64,000 bases of DNA, taken from positions 1,601,339 through 1,665,338 of the forward strand of contig OZ251500.1 of the NCBI GenBank assembly GCA_965242755.1, written 5' to 3'. Of this stretch, positions 33,379-42,768 are shown piece after piece. This DNA comes from Dehalococcoidia bacterium (GTDB taxonomy: Bacteria > Chloroflexota > Dehalococcoidia > Lucifugimonadales > Australimonadaceae). The translations under genes and the position numbers were made by a program. The notes below the pieces were generated by a model, which was given only the letters and a program-made list of their open reading frames with translations, had not been told where the DNA came from and did no database searches. Every line of letters starts with the position of its first letter. The stretch's first letter is position 1.

Positions 33379-34443
33379 CTACTGCGGATACGCCGCGCCG
33401 CCCGCCGTTTGGAAGGCGGGACTCGCGTCGAATCCGGCCAGCGCGTCCGCGCTTCCGCCCAGCGCCGGAACCATCGCCTCGACGTTCGCCAGCATCAGCC
33501 CGGCGTAGGAGTGCCGCGGATCGCCCGGCTTCCCGGGGAGGTCGTCGTCGCGCAGCCCGGCCACGAACGCCGCTCCGCCCTCCGCCGCGACGCGCTCCAT
33601 CACCCGGCTCGGAAACACCGCGGAGCCGAACACAGCCGGAACGCCCGTCTCCCGAACCTGCTCGATGAGCGCGGCCACGCTCCGCGCCGACGGCTCCGTG
33701 AAATCCGACGGCTGAACCGCTGCGATGACCTCCAGCCCGTAGCGCCGCGCGAAATACGGGAACGAATCGTGATAGGTCAGCAATTTGCGGTTCGCGGGCG
33801 GAATCGTCGCAACCGCCTCCGCGATGCGCCGGTCGAGTTCCTCCAGCCGCTCGCGCAGGCGCTCGTAGTTCGCCGCGTAGGAGTCGGCGTTCGCGGCGTC
33901 CAGAGCGGAGAGTTCGTCGCGGATCAGGGCCGCGTAGCGCAGCGCGAGCGGCGGGCTCGTCCACAAGTGCGGATTCGGGCGCCCCTCCGACTCCGGGAAC
34001 GACGCGTCGAACGCCCACTCGCTCCGCGCGAGCGCCCGGTCGCCGAGCGGCAGAATAACCGCGCCGTCCTTCTTGCTCGCCTGCGCCATCGCCAGCGCCG
34101 GCTCTTCAAGGAACAACCCGTTCAATACGATGAGGTCGGCTTCCGCCATCACGCGCGCCGCCGACGGAGCGGGCTCGAACGTATGCGAGTCCGCGCCCTC
34201 CGGCACGACGCCCTCAATCTGGACGAGACCGCCGCCGACGCTCTCCGCCAAACTCGTGATCGGCGACACCGTCGTCACGACGCGCAGCCGTCCGTCCGCG
34301 TCCTCTCCCGCCGTCGTCGCCGCGCCGCAACCGGCGGCCGAGAGCGCGAGCGCAAGCGCGAGCGCGGCGCGGAAACGCCCCGTTCCGCATCGCGCCCGCC
34401 ATCGCCGTCTGCGAACGAATAGAGAAGCCAACGCCGCGAACAT
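33379..34443 (-). CDS. Metal ABC transporter substrate-binding lipoprotein (ZnuA/TroA family)
   Basis: Signal peptide with lipobox 'LSAAGC'. 'LRVVTTVSPITSLAESVGG....VPEGADSHTFEP' is the typical cluster-9 SBP pattern. Confidence 0.85.
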   Translation of the reverse strand: MFAALASLFVRRRRWRARCGTGRFRAALALALALSAAGCGAATTAGEDADGRLRVVTTVSPITSLAESVGGGLVQIEGVVPEGADSHTFEPAPSAARVMAEADLIVLNGLFLEEPALAMAQASKKDGAVILPLGDRALARSEWAFDASFPESEGRPNPHLWTSPPLALRYAALIRDELSALDAANADSYAANYERLRERLEELDRRIAEAVATIPPANRKLLTYHDSFPYFARRYGLEVIAAVQPSDFTEPSARSVAALIEQVRETGVPAVFGSAVFPSRVMERVAAEGGAAFVAGLRDDDLPGKPGDPRHSYAGLMLANVEAMVPALGGSADALAGFDASPAFQTAGGAAYPQ

Positions 34444-34566
34444 CGAGGGAAATGCTAATGCGAATAGCCGCGCATAGCAAGATTGGGGGAGGGTCGGCGC
34501 GCGCCCCGCCCTGTCCGCGTAGGCGGGAATCTCAATGGGGCTTTGTTTAGGCGCGCCTAAGCGCGC

Positions 34567-35844
34567 TTACCCGGCGGGCTTGCGGACGGGCGCGGCGAGC
34601 GCGAACGCTCCGAACGCGACGACGAACACCCCCGCGAACGTCGCGAACGCCGCGTCGTAACTCCCCGTCAAGTCCCATATCCGCCCCGCGAAGACGGGGC
34701 CGATCATGCTCACGCCCGCCATAATCGGCGCGGCGAATCCCCGTATCGCGCCGAACGACCGCCTCCCGAAATAGTTGGCGAACAGCATCCGGCTCACCAC
34801 CGTCCACACCCCAAGCGCGTTGCCGAACACGACGCTGAACAGCGCCGCCATCGCGAACGACGACGCGACGGTCGCTAGCCCCATCGAAACGCTGAAGAGC
34901 GCGGCGGAGATCACCGCCAAGTAGCGCGTGTGGACGCGCTCCATCATGAGTCCCCAGCCGAACACGGAGAGCGCGGCGACGACGAGGTAGACCGTGAGCG
35001 CGTTGACCGCGGTCTGCTGCGATAGCCCCTTGTCCTGAAAACTCGCGGTGATGTGGAGATTCGTCGCGTTGACGGCGAGCACGACGGCGGCCTGCCCGAC
35101 GATGAGCGCCCACAGCGTTCGAGTGCGCTTCGCCTCCGCGAGGCTCCACAGCGTCTCGCCCGCCGCCTCCGACGTCTCGCCGACGCGAACCTCCGCCGTC
35201 GGCTGCTGGCCGTCGGGCAGGAGTCCGTAGTCCTCCGGGCGGCGGCGCATATAGGCGGCGCTGGGCAGAACCATGGCGAGGAAGGCGAAGCCGGCGAGAG
35301 CGACCCACGCCTCGCGCCAGCCGAAGTGGACGATCACTAGTCCAATGGGAATGGGCATAATCGCTTGGCCCGTCCGCTGACCGACGCCGAGCAGCCCGAC
35401 GACGCGCCCTCGCTTCCTAACGAACCACGAGGCGAGCGCGACCATCGTGCCGAGTTGCGCTCCCGCCGCCGCCGTGCCGCGCGCCACGCCGAACAGCCCC
35501 CAGAAGTGCCACGCCTGCGTCATCGCCGCAAGCCCCGCCATGCAGCCGACGATGATCATTCCGGAGACGACCATCACGCCGCGCGCGCCCCGCCGGTCGA
35601 GCGCCCTGCCCACCCACACGGAGCACACGCCCCCCAAGCCCGACCCTAGCGCGAAGCCGACGCTGATAGACGTGGCCGACCAGCCCAACTCGTCCTGAAT
35701 GGGGCGCAGGAAGACGCCCATAATCGGGCCCTGCATCGGGACGCTCGCCGCCGCCGTCAGCATCGAGGCGGTCATCACCGCCCAGCCGTAGTAGACGCCC
35801 CGGAACGGCCAGAGTCTCGATATGCGGGGCTGGGGAGTCGTCAT
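34567..35844 (-). CDS. MFS transporter
   Basis: About 12 TM segments with the MFS loop motif 'GRALDRRGARG'. The start is ATG 35844 ('MTTPQPRIS'; an alternative is 35862). The upstream 300 codons of the track ORF are low-complexity read-through of repeats. Confidence 0.8.
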   Translation of the reverse strand: MTTPQPRISRLWPFRGVYYGWAVMTASMLTAAASVPMQGPIMGVFLRPIQDELGWSATSISVGFALGSGLGGVCSVWVGRALDRRGARGVMVVSGMIIVGCMAGLAAMTQAWHFWGLFGVARGTAAAGAQLGTMVALASWFVRKRGRVVGLLGVGQRTGQAIMPIPIGLVIVHFGWREAWVALAGFAFLAMVLPSAAYMRRRPEDYGLLPDGQQPTAEVRVGETSEAAGETLWSLAEAKRTRTLWALIVGQAAVVLAVNATNLHITASFQDKGLSQQTAVNALTVYLVVAALSVFGWGLMMERVHTRYLAVISAALFSVSMGLATVASSFAMAALFSVVFGNALGVWTVVSRMLFANYFGRRSFGAIRGFAAPIMAGVSMIGPVFAGRIWDLTGSYDAAFATFAGVFVVAFGAFALAAPVRKPAG

Positions 35845-35993
35845 CGCGCGCACGGCAACCATATCACGCGCGGCGAGAGGGAGGGGGCGGGCGACCCTGC
35901 GGACGGCGGGCGTGGCGCGGGAATGACGGGCCGCACGGGGCGGGGCGGCGCACAGAGCCTTTCCGCCCTCTCCTTCCGTAGACCTTTGCGTAA

Positions 35994-36602
<609 letters not shown>

Positions 36603-36724
36603 CCCTTGACACGCAACACAGTTGCTCTCCCGATGGGAGACCTTTGCATAACCTACCGTCATTCCCGCGTAGGCGGGAATCCAGGCGGCGCGCAGCGCCG
36701 CTCCTCTCCCACGTAAGCGCCCCG

Positions 36725-37735
36725 TCATTCCCGCGAAAGCGGGAATGTGGATTCACACTGGAAGCGCAACAGTTCCGGACGACCCCAGAATACCTCAGAC
36801 GGCGTCTGGTAGCCCAGCGCCGAGCGCGGCGTGTTGTTGTAGCGCGACGCGCACAACGTCAACTCCTCGTCCGGCACGCCGTCCAAGTTCGTCCTCCGCG
36901 GCAACTCCCGCCGCAGACGCCCAATCGCGTTCTCCACTCCCCCCTTCTGCCACGGCGACCGAACGTCGCAGAAGAACGTCTCAACTCCCAACTCATGCAA
37001 CTCGTGATGCCGGGCGAACTCCGTCCCGTTGTCGAACGTCACGCTCCGCCGCATCTCCATCGGCAGCGTCCCCATCACGGCCAGCATCGCGCGCGCAACC
37101 GCCTCGGCGCCCTTGTTCTCCGGCCGCTGCAGGAGCGTGTGCCGCGACGCCCGTTCGTGCAGGACCAACAGCGCCTGCTTCTTCACCCCGAACAGCATCG
37201 TGTCCGCCTCCCAGTGGCCGAACTCAACGCGGTCCGCCGCCCTCGCAGGCCGCTCCGACAGAGGCCGCCTCGCCTTGATGAACAGGGCGGAACTGCGGCC
37301 CTTGCGCGAGCGGCGCCCCCGCGTCGCCTTCCGCTTCGGCAGGAAGTTCCGCCAGTCGTAGTCCTTCGTCCTCTTCACCTGCGCCGCGATGAACCGGTAG
37401 ATGCTCTCGTGGGAGATCACCGGCCTCCCCATCTCCAACGCGAGGCGGCCGGACACTTGCGGCGGCGACGCGCCCCACGCCATGCGGCGCAGGACGGCCT
37501 CGCGCAGGAGATCGTCGCGGTCGAGGCGGGGGCCCTTCCACCGCCGCGCCCGCGCCTTCTCGTCCGCCTTGGCAGCCTTGTACTCGCCCGCGCTCATCGC
37601 GTTGCGGTTGATCTCGCGAGAGATCGTCGATGGCGAGCGATCCAGATTTGTAGCGATTTCCCGGATCGGGCGCCCCTCTTGGTATAGGCGGGCAATCGCG
37701 CAGCGTTCCTCGATGTCGATGTGTCGGTATCCCAT
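36725..37735 (-). CDS. IS30-family DDE transposase
   Basis: 336 aa with an N-terminal HTH ('IREIATNLDRSPSTISREI') and catalytic region 'GHWEADTM...VTFDNGTEFA...PWQKGGVENAIGRLRR'. The ORF reads through the terminal IR, and its last 7 codons and stop come from flanking repeat DNA. Confidence 0.85.
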   Translation of the reverse strand: MGYRHIDIEERCAIARLYQEGRPIREIATNLDRSPSTISREINRNAMSAGEYKAAKADEKARARRWKGPRLDRDDLLREAVLRRMAWGASPPQVSGRLALEMGRPVISHESIYRFIAAQVKRTKDYDWRNFLPKRKATRGRRSRKGRSSALFIKARRPLSERPARAADRVEFGHWEADTMLFGVKKQALLVLHERASRHTLLQRPENKGAEAVARAMLAVMGTLPMEMRRSVTFDNGTEFARHHELHELGVETFFCDVRSPWQKGGVENAIGRLRRELPRRTNLDGVPDEELTLCASRYNNTPRSALGYQTPSEVFWGRPELLRFQCESTFPLSRE

Positions 37736-37780
37736 GGCTCCACCACCTTGCTCTGGCGTTGCGCTTCGTTTGTGAATCCA
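36746..37780 (-). mobile_element. IS30-family insertion sequence (about 1.03 kb) inserted in a REP hairpin
   Basis: Imperfect terminal inverted repeats 'TGGATTCACACTGGAAGCGCAAC' (36748-36770) and the reverse complement of 'GTTGCGCTTCGTTTGTGAATCCA' (37758-37780). The flanks '...GCGAAAGCGGGAA' and 'GGGAACCTACTGG' reconstitute the intact repeat seen at 803-830, with GGGAA duplicated. Confidence 0.75.
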
Positions 37781-37979
37781 GGGAACCTACTGGGGCAGAG
37801 GAGTTATGCAAAGGCCTCCGATGGCGAGTGAGGGGCGCCCCGCTCGCCGTCCTATTGCGCCCCCTCCCCTAATGCGACAGCAGGCCATTGCGCGGTCGCG
37901 GCGGCGGCCGGTAGGTTTGCCGTTGATGCTGTTGCAAGACGCGCGGCGATGCGCTACCATGAGAAAGGACGGAGAGGGC

Positions 37980-38978
37980 ATGACGGATTCGACCTATGCG
38001 ATAGAAGCGACTGACTTGCACCGCGATTTCGGCGATGTGCGCGCCGTCAAGGGCGTGACGCTCGCGGTGCGCCGAGGGGAGATCTACGGCTTCCTAGGGC
38101 CCAACGGCGCGGGGAAGACGACGACGCTCCGCATCCTCACGACGCTGCTGCTCCCGTCGAGCGGGTCGGCGCGAGTGGCGGGGCACGACGTCGTCTCCGA
38201 CGCGATCAACGTTCGCCTGAAGATCGGCACGGCGCTGCAGGACGTTGGGCTCGACGCGAAGCAGACGGGGCTGGAGTTGCTGCGCCTGCAGGGGTCGCTC
38301 TACGGGCTCTCGCGCCGCGAAACGAACCGGCGGATCGAGGAGTTGGAGCACCTCGTCGACATCGGGGACGCGATCAACCGCCTCATCGGGACGTACTCCG
38401 GCGGCATGAAGCGGCGTCTGGACTTGGCGGCCTCGCTGATCCACGCGCCGGAGGCGCTCTTCCTCGACGAGCCGACGACGGGGCTCGACCCGATCAGCCG
38501 CTCGCGGGTGTGGGAGTACGTGCGGGCGATCAACAAGGAGATGGGCGTGACGATATTCCTGACGACGCAGTACCTTGAGGAGGCGGACGCGCTCGCCGAG
38601 CGGGTCGGGATCATCAATCACGGCGTGCTCTCCGCCGAGGGCGCCCCCGCCGAACTCAAGCGCGCCGTCGGCGCCGACGTCATCGTCGCCAACGTCGCGG
38701 ATCCGGAGCAGGCGCGAGCCGCCCTGGACCGCGTGAACTCCATCCAAAAGGTGGACGCCTACGAGAACGAACTCTCCATCTCGACGACGGACGGCGCCGC
38801 GCTCGTGAGCGACGTCGCGCTCGCGCTCAATCAGGCGGGCGTCGGCGTGAACTCGCTCACGCTCCGGACGCCGACGCTCGACGACGTGTTCCTGCAGATC
38901 ACGGGCGAGCGCATGGAGGCCGACGCGGAGTCGACTCAGAGGGAGAGCGAGCGGCAGGCGCTGGAGGCTGCGGTATGA
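37980..38978 (+). CDS. ABC transporter ATP-binding protein (DrrA/ABC-2 type exporter)
   Basis: Walker A 'GPNGAGKTTT', signature 'YSGGMKRRL', Walker B 'ALFLDEPTTGLD'. The start is ATG 37980 after GGAGAGGG. Confidence 0.9.
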   Translation: MTDSTYAIEATDLHRDFGDVRAVKGVTLAVRRGEIYGFLGPNGAGKTTTLRILTTLLLPSSGSARVAGHDVVSDAINVRLKIGTALQDVGLDAKQTGLELLRLQGSLYGLSRRETNRRIEELEHLVDIGDAINRLIGTYSGGMKRRLDLAASLIHAPEALFLDEPTTGLDPISRSRVWEYVRAINKEMGVTIFLTTQYLEEADALAERVGIINHGVLSAEGAPAELKRAVGADVIVANVADPEQARAALDRVNSIQKVDAYENELSISTTDGAALVSDVALALNQAGVGVNSLTLRTPTLDDVFLQITGERMEADAESTQRESERQALEAAV

Positions 38979-39802
38979 GCGCGGTCGCGGCGAGGCCGAT
39001 GACCAACGTCGTCGCCAAGCGCGCCGGGTTCCTTCGGGACGTCGGCAGCCTCGGCGGGCGGGCGCTGCGCTCCATTCCCCGCGATATGGAGGTGTTCGTC
39101 CCCGCGCTCATCATTCCCGTGTTCTTCTTCGCCATCAACGTGGGCATGATGCAAGACCTCCTCGAGGGCTCTCCGTTCGGCGGGGCGACGCCGAGCGACT
39201 TCGACTACAAGGCGTTCCAGATTCCGGTGGCCGTCCTGTTCGCCGTGACCGGCTTGAGCCGCGCCAACGTGATGGTCTTGGACATTCAGAGCGGCTATTT
39301 CGACCGGCTCGCGCTGACGCCGATGAACCGGCTGGCGATGCTGCTCGGCTTTATGGTGGCGGATATGGCGCTGGCGGTCGCGATGTCCATTCCCGTGCTC
39401 ATTCTCGCGTTCGCCATCGGCGTGGACTTCGCGACCGGGCTCCTCGGCGTCGTCGCGCTGCTGGCGCTCACGCTGGTCTGGGCGGTCGTCTACAACGGAT
39501 TCACCTACGCAATCGCGCTCAAGACGGGCAATCCCGCGGCGGTGAACACCAGTTTCATCATCTTCTTCCCGTTGGTGTTCCTGACGCCGCTGTTCGTGCC
39601 GCAGGAGACGATGACGGGTTGGATGGCGACGATCGTGCAGTACAACCCGGTGACCTACGTGCTAGGCGGGATGCGCGCGCTCATCAGCGAGGGCTGGATG
39701 CTGAGCGACCTCTTGGCGGCGGGCGCGGGCGTCGGCGTCGTCGGCCTGGTGACGATCCCCCTAGCGACGCTCGCGCTCCTCAGCCGCATCCGTCGGGGGT
39801 AG
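38975..39802 (+). CDS. ABC-2 type transporter permease
   Basis: 275 aa with about 6 TM segments. It overlaps the ATPase gene stop by 4 nt (ATGA). Confidence 0.85.
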   Translation: MSAVAARPMTNVVAKRAGFLRDVGSLGGRALRSIPRDMEVFVPALIIPVFFFAINVGMMQDLLEGSPFGGATPSDFDYKAFQIPVAVLFAVTGLSRANVMVLDIQSGYFDRLALTPMNRLAMLLGFMVADMALAVAMSIPVLILAFAIGVDFATGLLGVVALLALTLVWAVVYNGFTYAIALKTGNPAAVNTSFIIFFPLVFLTPLFVPQETMTGWMATIVQYNPVTYVLGGMRALISEGWMLSDLLAAGAGVGVVGLVTIPLATLALLSRIRRG

Positions 39803-39915
39803 GGGAGGCGCTTTCGCGGGCAGGGCGGGGAACCCGCGCGCGGCGGCGGGCCGAGCGGCGGCGTGGCGGAGGGGGCGGCGCTCGCGCCGGCGTCGGCGAG
39901 GGATGGGCGAGCCGC

Positions 39916-41754
39916 CTGGCGCGGAACCCCCAGGCGTACTACGCGGCATGCGCCGTCTTGATCGCCGTCGCGGCGCTGCTGCGGTTCTACGATCTCGCGG
40001 GCGACTCCGTGTGGTACGACGAGGCCGTCGCGGCGTTGAATTCGAGGGGCGGGCTCGCGGAGGTTCTCCCGAATACGCGCGCGTTCAACTCGTCGCCGAT
40101 CCTCTATCCGTTGATCCTTTGGGCGGCGCAGGCGGTCGAGAGTTCGGCGTTCAGCATTCGTTTGGTTCCCGCGACGGCGAGCGTGCTCACTGTCGCCGCG
40201 TTGCTCTTGCTGGCGCCTCGCGTGGGGATTGACCGGCGCGCGGCGTTTATCGCGGCGCTGCTCGCCGCAATCGCGCCGCAAGCGGTGACGCACGCGCAAG
40301 ACGCCCGCGAGTATTCCGTGGACGCTTTCGCCGCGGTTTTGATCATCATCGGCGTCTTGGCGTTCTTCAGATTTCGCGGATTGGTCAAGCGGAACGCGCT
40401 GCTGTGCGGGGCGTTGTTCGCGGCTCCTTTAACGCAATATGGGCTCGTTCTGTTCGGAGCAGCGGCGCTGGGGACGATAGCGATAGAGCAGGCGAGGCGG
40501 CTGCGAACCGGCGAAGGCGCGTCGAGCGAACCAGAGCCGACGACGAGCGTCAAAAGGGAACTTGCGGCGTTCGCGATACCCGTCGCCTGTTTCGCGGCGA
40601 GTTGCGCGCTGAGCTACGCGGCGACGCTGCGCTATCAATGGACTGGAGGCGAAGGCGCATTAGGCGGCTATCTCGCGCCTCATCACTACGCGGGATCGTA
40701 CTCCGACGTCATCGGCATGGCGCAATTCGCCTTTGGGCGCATTTGGATTCTCTTGCAATACCATCTGCCCGCAATCGTGGCCGGAGTCGCGGTCGCGGCT
40801 TTCGCCGCGTCGCTGATCCCCGCGCTGAGGAAGACGAGATTTCCTATCGTCAACACGCTCTTGCTGGCGTCGCTCGGCGTCGCGTTGGCGGCCGCGTTTT
40901 TGCGCGTCTATCCCATCGACTTCATCCGGCAATCGCTGTACTTGGGGCCTATCGTCTATCTCGCGGCCGGGCAAAATCTGCAGTCTCTGATGGATCATCT
41001 CCGCCCCAACGCGCGCTGGGCCGCTTTCGCGCTCGCTATTGGCGCCATCCTTGCGACGGGCGCGACTACGTTCAGGGACAACGCGCCGTATCGGGAGTTC
41101 GAGGACATCAACTCCTTATTCGAAGTATTGGACGAACGGTTGCGGGAAGGCGACGTCGTCTACGTAGAGGCTCCGGCGGTCCCCGTAGCGCAGTTTTATC
41201 ACGAGCGGAAGCCGGACAACTGGCGGTACGGCGCATGCGATGTCGATGTCTCTTATCAGGGGTGCATTCAGGATATGCTCAGGGCGACGGAGGGCGGAGC
41301 CAAGCGCCTATGGATTCTGTCGACGCATAGGCGGACTTACGACTGGCGGGACTTGCGGGAATTGGACCCGCGGATCCGCGTCGAACTCGCGCGCGAGGCG
41401 TGGTTCGCCGATCTCTATCTCGTGGAGCGCATCGGCGTTCTGCCGTGGTCGTTCTTCAAGGTTGACGTTGAGGAAAACTCGCTTGTCTACCGCAAGAATC
41501 CGTGCGAATCCGCCGAACTCGAGCCGCGCTTTTTCGTCCGCGTGTTCCCGGTGAACGGCAATGCGCTCGCAGAAGAGCGGAAGCGGAGCGGCTACGACAA
41601 TTTCAGTTTTCGTTTCGATGAGTTCGGCGCATTGAATGGCGGGGAATGCATCGCCAAGCGCCCGCTCCCCGACTACGAAATCCGCCGGGTGGAGACGGGC
41701 CAATTCATTGAAGAGGGCAACCTCTGGGCGGTCCGGATCGCCGTCGGCGAGTGA
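39916..41754 (+). CDS. GT-C-fold (PMT_2/ArnT-like) membrane protein, paralog 2, one C-terminal module; start codon unresolved
   Basis: 'LLRFYDLAGDSVWYDEAVAAL' is the typical first-loop motif, followed by many TM helices. The C-terminal module is 'LVYRKNPCESAELEPRFFVRVFP...GYDNFSFRFDEFGALNGGECIAKRPLPDYEIRRVETGQ'. No in-frame ATG or GTG lies between the upstream stop (39802) and the first TM segment; only CTG 39916 and TTG 39958 are available. Confidence 0.6.
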   Translation: MARNPQAYYAACAVLIAVAALLRFYDLAGDSVWYDEAVAALNSRGGLAEVLPNTRAFNSSPILYPLILWAAQAVESSAFSIRLVPATASVLTVAALLLLAPRVGIDRRAAFIAALLAAIAPQAVTHAQDAREYSVDAFAAVLIIIGVLAFFRFRGLVKRNALLCGALFAAPLTQYGLVLFGAAALGTIAIEQARRLRTGEGASSEPEPTTSVKRELAAFAIPVACFAASCALSYAATLRYQWTGGEGALGGYLAPHHYAGSYSDVIGMAQFAFGRIWILLQYHLPAIVAGVAVAAFAASLIPALRKTRFPIVNTLLLASLGVALAAAFLRVYPIDFIRQSLYLGPIVYLAAGQNLQSLMDHLRPNARWAAFALAIGAILATGATTFRDNAPYREFEDINSLFEVLDERLREGDVVYVEAPAVPVAQFYHERKPDNWRYGACDVDVSYQGCIQDMLRATEGGAKRLWILSTHRRTYDWRDLRELDPRIRVELAREAWFADLYLVERIGVLPWSFFKVDVEENSLVYRKNPCESAELEPRFFVRVFPVNGNALAEERKRSGYDNFSFRFDEFGALNGGECIAKRPLPDYEIRRVETGQFIEEGNLWAVRIAVGE

Positions 41755-41783
41755 CAGGGGGCATTGCCCGCGAGGAACCGCGC

Positions 41784-42581
41784 TCACTCCAAGCGGACGT
41801 TCTTGGCGTAGTCGTAGTCGGGCGAGACGTCGCTTGCGAACTCCCAAACGACGCGGCCCGGACGCCAGCCTTCGCCGAACGCGGCCTCGAAAAACGCGAG
41901 GATCTCCTCCCACGCGGCGGCGGTCGCGTCGGGGCGGTAACGCCCCGGCATCGTGTCGTTGAACCATCCGTGCGGCGCGCCCGGGAAGATGCGGATGCGG
42001 TAACTCTTGCCCGCCCGCTCAAATGCGTCGCGGAACGCGCGGATGCTTTCGACGGAGATGACGTGGTCGGCCTCGCCGAAGAGGCCGAGCACAGGGCAAT
42101 TGAGCGCGGCGATGAGTTCGCTCGCGGACGCGGGCTGCTCCGGCGTCGGGCGCCGGTCAGGGCCGTCCACGCCGCCGTAGAGCGCGACGACCGCCGCGGC
42201 GTCGTTGCGATGCGCCGCGTACAGCATCGGCTGCCGTCCCGTCTGGCAGACGCCGATGATCCCGATGGCGTCGCTCCGAACGCAGTCGAGTCCGCGCAGG
42301 AAGGCGATGGTCTCGTCGAGGTCGGCGACCGCCTCGTCGTCGCGTATTTCGACGCGCGCCTCGCCCTGGGCAAGGGCGGCGCGGTCGCCGTCGAAGCGAT
42401 GGAAGAGGTCGGGGCAGACGCCGAAGTAGCCCGCGCCGGCGAGCCGCTCCGCCATATCCTTCGGATGCTGGACGACGCCGTAGCGCTCGTGCAGCCACAT
42501 CACGGCGGGGCGCGGGTCGTCCGCCTCCGGCCGCGCGACCCAAACGCTCATCCCGCTCGCCATCCGATGCTCTTCCAGCAT
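41784..42581 (-). CDS. Dienelactone hydrolase family (alpha/beta hydrolase) protein
   Basis: 265 aa from ATG 42581, 5 nt after GGAG. 'IGIIGVCQTGRQP' is a nucleophile-elbow-like segment, and 'FPGAPHGWFND' carries the C-terminal His typical of DLH. Confidence 0.7.
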   Translation of the reverse strand: MLEEHRMASGMSVWVARPEADDPRPAVMWLHERYGVVQHPKDMAERLAGAGYFGVCPDLFHRFDGDRAALAQGEARVEIRDDEAVADLDETIAFLRGLDCVRSDAIGIIGVCQTGRQPMLYAAHRNDAAAVVALYGGVDGPDRRPTPEQPASASELIAALNCPVLGLFGEADHVISVESIRAFRDAFERAGKSYRIRIFPGAPHGWFNDTMPGRYRPDATAAAWEEILAFFEAAFGEGWRPGRVVWEFASDVSPDYDYAKNVRLE

Positions 42582-42768
42582 TTGCTCCGCTCCTCGCCGA
42601 CGATTTGGCGTTAGTGTACCGCCTTTGTTCCGCCATTGCCGGTCTTCCGCGGCGTGTCCAATCAAGCGCCGGCAGGCGATGCGACGCGGGACGCCCACTC
42701 GCTCGTGGCGCGTTCGATCTCCATATAATGACATTGACCACGCGCAGTGACGGAATCCTGACATACCT

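Noticed and set aside
39903-40232. ORF 39903-40232 as the real N-terminus of GT-C paralog 2.
   Set aside because: Its translation is Arg/Gly-rich with no TM segment, and it is out of frame with the conserved 'LLRFYDLAGDSVWYDE' region.
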